The notes under the pieces are model-generated. The model did no database searches. It was not told the DNA's origin and saw only the letters and a program-made list of their open reading frames with translations. The translations under genes were made by a program, and so were the position numbers. 63,865 nucleotides of DNA from the NCBI RefSeq assembly GCF_001194135.2, contig NC_068985.1, forward strand, positions 29,279,268-29,343,132, written 5' to 3'. Shown in pieces: positions 52,641 to 63,865 of the stretch; position 1 is the stretch's first letter, and the number at the start of each line of letters is the position of its first letter. Source of the stretch: Octopus bimaculoides (taxonomy: Eukaryota).

Positions 52641-53444
52641 TGTGTGTGTCTTTCTCTTCCTCTCTCTCTCTTCCTGCCTCTCCCCTCCCCCTTTCTCTCT
52701 ACACCATTCCACAGTAATAACTGTCACCTTCATACAAGTGGTGTCTCTCATTTCCAGTCTTCCACAAAAACATGTCCAGCCATGGTTAAATATCATCTAG
52801 CTTGAAAAAACAGATGACAACACAAAGGGCATCAGGCTTTAGAAAATCTGCATCAATGAATTCTGTCTGGCCCATACATGCATGGAAAAGTGGATGTTAA
52901 AAGGATAACGATGACAACAAATCAAATTTTCAATATTGAATCTGATGTTGACAGTTATAAGACCATAGGTTCATTCCATTAAAATTAGATTTACTTTAAA
53001 AAATATTTTAATGTCAAAAGAACCAATGTGTTCAGTTCGTTAAAGTCATACAGAAACATGTATACATTTCATAGAAGGTTTGTTTGTTGTTTTCTTTTTG
53101 TTTTTAATTGGTTTTAGCAATCTAACTATTTCAATTAAAAGAAACAATTTATTTAGATTTCTTGAGATAAAGGATGCATAAAGAAATTTTCAATTAGAAG
53201 ATCTAATTATTTATGTAGAAATGTCAATTTGGAAAATTGAGCTGATGTTTCTGACATCTGTTAATGCCACAGCTAAGAAAAAAAAACAGAAAGTATTAAA
53301 CCATCAATGATAGATAAAGATAAAAATTTAATGCCCAAGGTTTAATTAGAAGAATGACTTTACAGAAGTTACTGAACTTCTAGGTACCTTTCAGGGTCTG
53401 AAGAAGTAAAGTCACAAGTGTAAGTATTCTATTGTTACATTCAC

Positions 53445-53662
53445 ACATAAATATTGGTTTCGAATTTTGGCACAAGGCCAGCAATTTCAGAGAGAGGTTA
53501 AGTCAATTACATCTACCTCAGTGCTTAACTGATATTTATTTTATTGACCCTGAAAGGAAGAGAGGCTAAGGTGACCTTGGTGGAATTTGAACTCAGAATG
53601 TAAAGACAGGTGAAATGCTGCTGGGCATTTTGCCTGACATGCTAATGATTCTGCCAGCTCAA
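53445..53662 (-). mobile_element. SINE family C copy
   Basis: ttttattgaccctgaaagga...gaatttgaactcagaatgtaaagac...gattctgccagctc. Confidence 0.78.
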
Positions 53663-53940
53663 TTGACCTCAACCAATTTCTGTTATGAATAGGCTCTACT
53701 GACATATTATGACCTTAGATTGACTCTGAGTGGGTCAGCTCTAAGTGTCTGCTTCAAGTCTTCTCAAAATTATTAATTTTTCAGATTATTATTATAAGGC
53801 AGGCCAAAATGCAAGAGGATCAGAAATTTATATTCTGTACCCTTTGTTGTTCTGAGAGTTTACAACTGGAAAAAAATGGTGTTTAACAATTATTTTCCCA
53901 CAGTCTCTCACCTATAAACAAAGTATTTTTCCATGAATGT

Positions 53941-54088
53941 AATTAGGAAGGGCATCCAGCTGTAGAAACTCTGCCAGATCAGATTGGAGTCTGGTGTAGC
54001 CATCCGATTCGCCAGTCCCCATTCAAATTGTCCAACCCATGCTAGCATGGAAAGCAGACGTTAAATGATGATGATGATGATGATGATG
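53941..54088 (+). mobile_element. SINE family A, young subfamily, 5'-truncated
   Basis: Core plus (GAT)n tail. Confidence 0.85.
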
Positions 54089-57000
54089 TCCATGCCACCA
54101 AAAAGTAACAAAGAATTCCTTTTATCCTTTATCTTTTTAACTATTCTGAACTCAGCTGACCTTTTTCTTTTCTGGTCTAAGAATGAAACTTACAACCTTA
54201 AGATTGTGACCCCATCAAGCCACACCACAGTCCCCACCCATCCCTACCACACATAAATTTATTTAAAAACTACCACAACTACTGTTTTGACCTCAGGTCA
54301 TTATCAAATACCCTTGTTAATGATCTAAGACCAAAACAATCTTTGTGCCAATTTTTCTTTTTTTTTAAAACTATAAAACTCAACACTTGTATTTGTATTG
54401 AATATAAATATGAAACACGGCCACTTTTACGGAACCAATTTCAATGGAGATAATATAATACATACATATAATCCTCACACTTCTTTCTTAAACAAAATAT
54501 CTCCCTCCACTTCTCTTCCTTTCCCAATATTTTCCTACTCATATGCACTTCAATATTAATAGAACCTTTCTCTTTCTTTCTCCTCTCATGTTGGCTTACT
54601 GCATATACCACTATTATTTTATCATGTTACCTCACCATTTCCTCCTTTCTACTGCAGGGCTGTATCATTCTTCATTCCACCTCTCTCTCTCTTGTTGGTG
54701 CAAACACTTTCACTCTCTTTTCTTCCATACCTACTTAAATTCTAATGTCTTCTCACCTGATGGCTGATCTCACTTGTTGGTTAACTGCTGTCTCTCTCTT
54801 TCTCCTCTCCCCTCCACCACATTGTTGATCTCTCACCTGTCTCCTATCATACCACTTTCTCTTTCTTCCACCTCTCTCAGCATGCTATCACTTTCTAGTT
54901 TCAACTTCCAATAGAAATGCAGAAAGAAGGAAACCAGCCAACAAAAATGGGGTGCGTGGCTTGGCCTTTATATACTAAATTTATTGTTTACATGTTAAAA
55001 TAACTTTATTTTGAAAATTCCACATCTAAAGCCTCCTTACTTCTCTTGAGTTCATGGATCTACTCCAGGAAAGTTCCTCTCCAAAGTGGAACATAAGGCA
55101 AAATGTTTTATGGAAAACTAACCGTCCATGCATGGAAATCTCTGCTCTTCAAGCCACTGATGATCTCCAATAGAGTGTAGGTTGTGTATCAACACAGGCA
55201 TTACTGTCAGAACTCAAAGAGCCAGAACAAATGTCACAATGTATCTTGTCTGACACTCTGACAATTACATGAATCTACCACCATGAGAAGCTACTATTAG
55301 ATCCAGTCCTTACTGCTGTACAGTGGCTTGGGTGTCTCAATGACCCTGAAAGCTATATATCAATGGCGTGCAAGCTCCTAGTAGGGCCTTCCATGTTGAA
55401 TATGTCAAAGGATAGAAGCCAGACTTAAATGGACCACCTCTTCCCAGAGGTAAAAATGGGTTTGCATAAGGTCAACATACTCATCAAGGAAAAATGTTAC
55501 AGAAGCACCAATGACAATTCGTATCTAACAGAAGAGAGAAAGTCATCGATGACTTATGCTCCGGCTTAAGTAGGTAAGAACAACCATGGGCAGGTACTTA
55601 TTTATTGGACTCTGGAAGAAGAAACGTAAAGTTGAGCTCAGCAAAATTTGAACTCAGAGTGCAGAGAACTATTACAAGAACAACAAGGTCTTCTAGTCAA
55701 CACTTTAAAAATGTGGCCAACTCACCACAGATGTCTACAAATAAGACTTTGTTAAAGTCTTTATTTTTGTAAATGGTTGACATTTTCTCAGTTGAATTTT
55801 AACAGCTAGCTGTGACAATTTTTTCCAACAAAAGGAAAACAATCCTCAATGCTAATTGATAGTATTAAACATGCATGTTGTTTGACAAGCATGAAATGGT
55901 GCTGTTTGGTAAATACAAAATTTAGTATTGTTTAAGCAAGGTAGCTGGCAGCAAAACAAATGACAGGGAAATTCCTAGAATTTCATTGTCATTTGTGTTA
56001 CTAACAATAGCTTACACTTTAAAAGCAACAATTTGCTTGACAAAGCAAATGATTTTCACAAACTTCTGGAAGTCATGATCTAGGGATAGAAATAATTAAA
56101 AGTAGAATACTTGTTACCAAGAAAATATTCCAAGAGTTAAAGAAAGCAAATATTCATGTTCTGTACTAGCTAATTTGAATTAGGATGTTAGTCACTAATT
56201 TCTTTATAGCTCTGACCTCTACACAACCCCTTACATACTCACCACTTCACTCACATACATCTACAAATAATATGAATTTGTTATTCTGAAGCAGAGAAAC
56301 AATACCCAGAACTATTTTATGTCTTTCTAGATTAGGAGTTAGAGATATAGGAGTGTATGAAGTGAGTACATCAAATATAAATTGCAGTAAATTAAAAACT
56401 GGGGACAAATGTGAGCAGAAAGTTTTAAAGTGATGCAATGCCAAGGAAGAAGGACTGGAAAAAGCATTTAACATAGAGTTTATTATTATTATTATTATTA
56501 TTATTATTTCCTTGAGATACAGAGTGTCAATATTACTTATATTAAAATGGGCCAAGCGGCCAAAACTATATTGTAGAATATTTAGGAAGCCTGGCAGGTA
56601 CTGTAGCAGTTGTGTATAGAGAGATGATGTCTGGTGTGTAAAATACAAACAGAAAGTGTTATATCGATGACTTAGGAGTGACAGTAGTTCTAAATGATTG
56701 ATTTGAAGTAGAAGACATAGCTGAGCATCAAAGCATACACAAGTTGACAAAGTAAAAGAGCTAAGAAGGTTTTATCAACACTGTTGGAACACTTCAATGA
56801 TGCTGAATATATGATACATGCAAATTAACAAAACAAGATCAATTATATTAAACCTTTTATTTACAAGACTTAACCAGAAGAGGAAGGGCAGCACTCACAA
56901 TCTGTTTTATGTCCTAATTCTTACAAGAAAAAACCCAGGTCTAAATGCTTACAATACCCAGAATGTACTAAGCTAAAGTCATCTAAGAACAAAATGGAAT

Positions 57001-57604
57001 GTTTAAACAGGCAACAGAATAAGTCAACCACTTAAAACCAAGAATGACTTCTTCGATGAGCATCCAGACAAGGCTTTGGTTAACCTGCAAGTATGGTAGA
57101 AGATATAGCCTAATGTACTGCCAAGTGAGAATAAATCCAAAGGTACATAGTTGCAGAGTAAAGTTAACCACACTCTGACTTAAACTGGTGACTAACATGA
57201 AACAGAGCAAAAATGGAAGAATGCTGGACTAAATACCAAACAGTTTTTTAATTCATCTTTATGTTTTCTGAATTCAAATAGCAGTTGGGTTTAATTGGCT
57301 TTGCATCCCTCATTATTGTCATCAATAATCAAGTATCATTATGAACATTAGTCAAATCAGCTAACTAAACCAGTCCCTGAAATAAGTAGTGGTTAATGAG
57401 ACCATGACAGAAAGTGCTGCTACTGCTGTTGTTACTGCTGCTGCTGCTGCTGCTACTACTACTACTTGTGAGAATGCATCACTATATTATCAAAGATTGA
57501 GTCATTGTATTTGCTTGTGAAGGAGAGATTGTATGATGCTTATATACAATGCTGTATGGTAGCTAAACATGAGTATTGAGTGAGAAAAATGCATAAAAGC
57601 AAGA

Positions 57605-57930
57605 AAGAAATGAAGCAAGCATGCTCTACTGGGTGTGTAATGTTAGTGTGCATGAATGATGAAACCCAAATGAGTTGAGAGAAAAATGGAATATAACAGC
57701 TTTCACATGAGGAGTGCAAGAGAGAAGACTGAACTGGTATGAGTAAGAGTGTTGATATATATATATGGAAGATGACAATTGGGTAAAGAAGTATCAAGTG
57801 ATCCAAGTGGGAGGAACTTGCTTATGAAGAAGACCAAAGATAGTGAAGGCTGATCTCAAGAGGATGAACAGCATGAAGGAAATGACAAAGATGTGCAACA
57901 AGTGATGAGGCACTGAGCTGAAGAAGACAT
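57605..57930 (+). mobile_element. Decayed RTE-clade LINE 3' fragment
   Basis: Frame-broken remnants read like MLRWMCNVSVH...ELREK..GI...VQERRL.WY...EDNWVKK...V.GT...RP.....K.DLK, the RTE C-terminus. A shorter remnant is at ~42560-42760. Confidence 0.7.
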
Positions 57931-58254
57931 GGCCAATCTATATAAACATTAAAAAAAAAACGAATGTGTAGTGTTGTTGGTGGTGATGATGATGATATCC
58001 TCAGCAGCAATATCATATTTTTTTAAGTCTTATTTCAACTAAAATTTAATGTTATAGGATAATATTGTATATTGATTTCACCAGAATACATATGGAAATG
58101 CTATAGAATGTAAGCAAGTATTACTTCCAAGCCAATAAAAATTAATAAATAAATTTACTCAAATTGTTTTTGATCCTTAGGAGAAAAATACTAAAAGTAC
58201 AGTTAAAAACAGCCAGTAACACAATGTCTCACTTTGTTTATATATTTCAGATGT

Positions 58255-58527
58255 ACAGTTCATCAGCAATGTAAGTAAAGTTACTTTCTTGAGTCATGCC
58301 GACACACAAGGGCTGGTTTCCCAGTTTCATGGTATATGTATTCCCCACCTGGATGGGATGCCAGTCGGTCACACGATTACTCACTTCTGCCAGCTGAATA
58401 GACTGGAGCAACATGAAATTAAGTGTTTTGCTCAAGAACAAAATGCATTGCCTGGTCCAGGAATCAAAACCACAATCTTATGATCATGAGTTCAACACCC
58501 TAACCACTAAGCCATGCACCTCCACTT
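58255..58527 (-). mobile_element. tRNA-derived SINE sharing head and body with family E
   Basis: gtggaggtgcatggcttagtggttaggg...gttttgattcc head on the minus strand. Confidence 0.78.
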
Positions 58528-59651
58528 CAGCAATGTCAATGTCTTACATACATTTTGACACTTTAGCTCATATGCAGTGGAATGAAAGTATGACATATAA
58601 CCAGTCTGATCATACCACAGGGCACTGACTATACTATGAAAATCTATCTTATAAGCACGTTGTCCCTGATATGCTAACAACAATGACTTATCACATGTGC
58701 AATGCACTAACAATATATCTCAAAAAATAGTTAACTAATGGTGTGCTTCATATCAATGGAAATTTATCTCTTGATCACTGATAATGAGTCTCATGTATGA
58801 TACTATGATAGTGGGTATCACAAATGGTGTAATAACAATTTATCTCATGAGCAGGATAGATACAATTTGTCTCATGAAGAGTGAACTGAGTTTGTCTGGT
58901 CAACATGAATGTATGCACGGCTAAGTGGTTAAGAAGTTTGCTTTGCAATCACTTGTTTCTGGGTTTGATCCTAGTGTTCAGCACTTTGGGCAAGTGTCTT
59001 AACCCAAGCCTTGAGAATGGAATTTGGTGAATGGAAAGAATACATGTTTTGGAGTGGAAAACTTAATCTGTCACACAGTTTAACACAGTCCAATGCTACC
59101 TGGCTCTCAGGTAACTTTAGGAGAGCTCCTTGTGGTGTAAGTATTCAGACATGGTGTCAGGTCTGAGAATAAGTTTATATCTTCCTCTTTATACCCCACC
59201 AATCTCAAGGCCAAGCAAAAAGTCATTGGTGTTACCCTTCCTCCTCTAACTAAACTAACAAAACAAGTGTCTCAAGTGGCACATGGCTAAAATGCACTGA
59301 AAGTCTGCCATAGGAATAGTACATTGATATACTTCTCAGAGTGTACAGTTGAGTTTAGTTTTAACCAACAGTAAAAAAAATAGCCTGATATCTTCTCAGC
59401 CATGTGGCATTGATTAGTCTCAAGAAAACTTTTAACTACAATCCTATGATGAGACAAGTTGCATAGCATGAAATAGGTACAATAAAGGTGGTGAAGTTTA
59501 GAGCAATGAACAATCTGTACTAGTATTAAAACAATACTGAATTCAAATCTATATTGCAGTATTGAGAGGAAATGAACTCAAGACACTGATGAAGTCTTCA
59601 GTGACTCTCAACAAGTCATCAGTTTATGGAACCTATAAGCTGCTTAATTAA

Positions 59652-59870
59652 CCCTTTTGTTACCATATTTCTACTGAAATAAACAGTCTTTATTTCAATT
59701 AATTTTGAAAATAATAAAGAATTTATTAAAATAAGTTTGTCATAATTGAACTGGTGTTTGGAACATAAATTAGCATGCAATTCTTACATAAAATGTTAAT
59801 TAAGATCATTTTGAAAGAGGGAGTTTGTATCAGAACTAGGGCAATTTCAAATGGGTTGGTACCAAAAGGG
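59652..59870 (+). mobile_element. piggyBac-type MITE (~220 bp)
   Basis: TTAA then CCCTTTTGTTACC at the left end and GGTACCAAAAGGG at the right end, where the TTAA has mutated to TATT. Confidence 0.7.
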
Positions 59871-61604
59871 TATTCTTCCCTCTCTTTCTACCGCCAACAG
59901 CAATAATAACTGTTCTTAGAGCAAAGTTTTGAAATGAGCTACTACTTATGAGATATTCTTATCAAGAAATGAAACTAATAAGACAGACATATGCTTTACC
60001 CAAAGACACAATTCAATACAATATTTAAAGTCATGTTCCTTAAGACATCAAATTAAAACTTGGCTTCACAAGCTCAGAATTAAATGATTCAATAAGTCTG
60101 ATTTCAATTTGATAATCACTAGTTAACAAGACCACTATGCAATTAATAGTAGACAGGTCATGCCATCATTATTAGCTAATAAATGTCTCTTATGTCTGCC
60201 TTAGCTCACTTCTGATGGTTATTTTTACTTCCATTAACTTAAAGTTTACATTTTAGTGCAGTTCCTAAAAGATTTGTAGGGGTGGTTAGATATGTTAACT
60301 ATTGCCAGTTATTAGTATGTAGCACTGACCCTTAGAGAAAAGATATCACTAGTAGGGAAAAATAAAAACTAGAAAATTATACTTCAACAGAAAGTGTGAA
60401 GTGAGTTTGTTTTTTGATTCATGTCTTGGTTTTGCTTTTAATGTGTACATGTATAGAATACAACAGGTTTAAATGAGTTTTCACAAAAAAAAAGTTTGAA
60501 GCTAATGTTCGCGTGTTCCTTATCAGTAAAATGCAAGGTTAACAGTAGTATATATAGCTTTATCAGTAAAGTGGCATGGAAATAGATCAGCTGGACTCAG
60601 TTCTAATAATTAGAACTTCTAGAAGGGATGAAATGTAATGTAATCATGAAATTGAGTTCATATCAACACCCCACTTAAAGGTTATTATCACTTATGAAGT
60701 TTTATAAATAAAAATTTAGCAGTATAAATTTCCTATAAAGATACATTTACATTTCAAATACAAAGAACACACACACACACACACACACAAAATGAAATTC
60801 AAATTTTGATAAATCAACAGTATAATAGAGGTACAACAGATATATAAATATAAACTTTTTGTCCACAAATGAGAGGTTTAAATTTTGGAACAATCTTTCT
60901 TAATTATTAATTTCAACATTGACTTTGTCATAACAACTAGAAAATGGATAGAAGGCTATAGAAAATGAAACTATTTTAAAATATACTATCGCAAGTGCAT
61001 AAGCACCAAGAAGGAATATGAATATTCAAAACAAAATTCAATTTGCTTTACTACTTCATACAAGCTACAGATATTTTGAAGGAAAAATATTGAACTTGTT
61101 TTGTTCCTCTACCCAAGTACATGAAAAGCTATGGCTGGTACCTTCGAAAGAAGCCAGTGAAAGAAGAGATTTTGTTTTTAAATTAGACATTGTGGTATCA
61201 CGTAAAACATGGACTATATACGGGGCAAATATCAAACCATTTTAAAATACAGCTTTCACCCTGGCTCTCAACTAAATGATCGAAAACAAGTTTACTTCAC
61301 AGTTCAACTATGTCAAAAAAAATATGATCACTAAATTTTACTAAACATATCTATTATGACAATTAGAAGGAATATAAGTTTAGATTATAAAAAAAGCCCT
61401 ACTTTCATTTTATATATTGATTAGGATAATTATATAATTATCATATTTCGTTTTATGCAGAGTCTCTTGTTTTTAAATTCAACTATTTTACTAATCCCTG
61501 TAAAATAGTCACCACCCACTGATGCCTTCAAAGCAATCACAGAAACATACATGCAGCAGCAGCAGCAGCAGCAGCGCCATCACTGCTACCATTGCTACTA
61601 CCTT

Positions 61605-61720
61605 CATCATTTTAATGTTTACTTTTCCATGCATGTACGAGTCAGACGAGAATAAGTTGGAGCAGAGTTTTCTATGGCTGAATGTCCTTCCTGTTGCCAA
61701 CACCCACTTGATTCTAAATG
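61605..61720 (-). mobile_element. SINE family A decayed copy
   Basis: Reverse-complement tail and core. Similar decayed minus copies lie at ~22920-23050, ~34100-34240 and ~35940-36060. Confidence 0.65.
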
Positions 61721-62179
61721 AGGTAATAATCTCTTCCAGTCAATCAAATAATTAAAATCCCAGACATGTTGAAGTAGAGAACTGGAAACAAACAGTACTG
61801 CATGGGTGAGCTGTTTGTTTACAAAGGTAGCAAAACATGTCAAGAAGCTTGAACATGCACTCACAGTGGACTGCAAACAAATGACAATGTTAGCAAAGCT
61901 ATTGTTTGCAATCACTGAGTAATCACACATTGAGAGGAAATACAAGCACATTCACAGAAACACACACATACACATGTATATGACAGGCTTCTTATATCTG
62001 TACAGTGTTAGTTAAAGTGTAAAATATACCAGTTTTTAGAACATCTTTATGCATATACTTTGAAAAAGAGACTGCAAAAAGAACCCATCTAATTTTCTTC
62101 AAATGATCTCCATAGTAACAAAGATCACAGAACTAAACTCCATTTTATTTTTTTCTATATTATATTATATTATATTATC

Positions 62180-62396
62180 AGTATCACCTGACTGGCCTTC
62201 GTGCAGGTGACACGTAAAAGCACCTACTACACTCTCTGAGTGGTTGGCGTTAGGAAGGGCATCCAGCTGTAGAAACTCTGCCAAATTTAGATTGGAGCCT
62301 GGTGTTGCCATCTGGTTTCACCAGTCCTCAGTCAAATCGTCCAACCCATGCTAGCATGGAAAGCGAACGTTAAACGATGATGATGATGATGATGAT
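62180..62396 (+). mobile_element. SINE family A, young subfamily
   Basis: Core plus (GAT)n tail; CpGs retained. Confidence 0.9.
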
Positions 62397-62823
62397 TATA
62401 TTATACTAAGTTATGTTATATAGGCACAAACATGGCTGTGTGGTAAGAAGCTTGCTTCCCAACCACGAGGGCCAGTCAGGTGGTACTGGCAACGGCCATA
62501 CTCAAAATGGTGTTTTTTACGTGCCACCTGCACAGGATCCAGTCCAGCGGCACTGACAATGACCTCGCTCAAATATATATATACATACATACACACACAC
62601 ACCACAAATTTTCTCATTGGTTGCATAAGCCATTAGGCACATACAGTCAATATGAAATTTAGTAAAATAAATTTCACTCTCCATTCAGTATTGAATGTCC
62701 CTATCAGTAAATATTCCTTTGTTATTTTTAAATTAGCTTTAAAATAACCTCTGACTATCAATTTCATTCACAAAACACTGGTCAACATCAGGTTAAAGAA
62801 AACATTTGCCCAAGGTATCTAGA

Positions 62824-62882
<59 letters not shown>

Positions 62883-63865
62883 ATGCTCAAACACATGTAC
62901 ACATGCAAACACACACACTGTTTTTTTATGCAAGTGATAAACAATTTTAATAAATGAATACTAAGGTTAGTAGGTGAATATTAATTTTTCTGTAATAAAT
63001 AAATAAAAGGCACAGCTTGTGTTCTAGAAGATGCATTTATAAACAAGAATATGGAACATATGGCATTTTTTTTTTTTTTATGATAATCAAGCATTCCTCT
63101 CTGATTAGGTTTTAGTGAAGAGAAAGAGAGCAGGGGGAGAGTTTGTGCACATTGTTTCTGTGTATGTGTGTGTATGTGTGTACTTGCAAATGTAGTTCTG
63201 AACATCAGGATCTCAACAATCACATACAAACATAAACTGGAAGAGCTAGAATGAATCTGAAAATGTTCACATTTAAATATGTAGTTGGAGCAGGTGTTTT
63301 GAGGCTAATATCACTCCTAAAATTAATCGTATTCTTTAGTTAAATTAGAAACTAATTTTCAAACAGCTCCACTGAAACAATATAAAATTTGCATTTTTAA
63401 AAACCCCAAAGTAATATGAAGCCACAATATAGAGATCCACACTTTAATCACACAAATACCACACACACATGTATTTAAATATATATATATACACACATAT
63501 ACATATCTATGATGAGTGTTAGTATGTATATGTATGCATGCATATGAGTGTGTATATGTTTGCATGTGTGTGCATGCGCATGAAAATTGTCATTTCTGCT
63601 TCTGGCATGAGATCATCTAAGTAAAAAAGAAATGTCATTGTGTTTACATTCCTGGTGAACATCATGTCTGATGGGTCTGCACTCTTGAAGAAGTGGAATA
63701 CAAAACCAAGATATTCTTTCCTTGTATAGCAGGTAGCTGTTGCCTACAGGAAACACATCCAGCTGTGAAAATACTGGCTCGAGTGACAGCATAGAAAAAT
63801 GGACAAAAATGATTCAACAAATTAAAAAATGCAAACAGACACACATGCTCCAAGCATATATATAT

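Noticed and set aside
49698-56070. Possible second minus-strand gene from candidate exons near 56070 (HDFQKFVKII...), 53272, 51137 (IQIVWQNTEL...), 50115 (VVTFVRKPYTYLQTWKGF...) and 49735 (WKEIVHVLKTHL*)
   Set aside because: Some phases match, but the 50034 donor is weak, several pieces end in competing stops, and none matches the GRAM domain or any family I recognise beyond a chance WQN.
56247-56750. 167-aa minus-strand ORF
   Set aside because: It spans an (ATT)n repeat and decayed repeat-like sequence, with composition typical of non-coding AT-rich DNA.
63520-63744. Minus-strand open frame ATATCYTRKEYLGFVFHFFKSADPSD... after an AG
   Set aside because: The acceptor lies inside a decayed SINE A core, the frame runs into a microsatellite, and I see no recognisable homology.
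1-63865. Prokaryotic-type systems (CRISPR arrays, operons, defence islands)
   Set aside because: The DNA is eukaryotic and intron-rich; there are no repeat-spacer arrays or dense ORF clusters.

Overview
AT-rich, repeat- and microsatellite-dense animal genomic DNA with N gaps. The SINE repertoire points to a coleoid cephalopod, probably Octopus (inference). One protein-coding gene is well supported: a minus-strand GRAMD1/Aster ER-plasma-membrane sterol transporter. Nine GT-AG exons (32379 down to 482) splice into one open 393-codon frame: acidic linker, VASt/StART-like domain, polybasic linker, transmembrane helix and C-terminal coiled coil. The last exon lies left of the window, and I found no GRAM-domain exons in the 31 kb upstream of 32379. 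The rest is intronic or intergenic and holds several tRNA-derived SINE families, decayed LINE fragments, a dead mellifera-type mariner with intact TIRs, and MITEs. The best leads are all hypotheses. (1) A phase-compatible chain of small minus-strand exons in the 11 kb intron (29185-26742), either an early-terminating Aster isoform or a nested ~103-aa gene. (2) Candidate internal start exons near 43.7-44.4 kb that would give a GRAM-less Aster. (3) A 108-nt pre-miRNA-like hairpin (20510-20617) about 700 bp downstream of an antisense GAGA/CCAAT/TATA motif cluster. Exon coordinates were read by hand; repeat boundaries are approximate.
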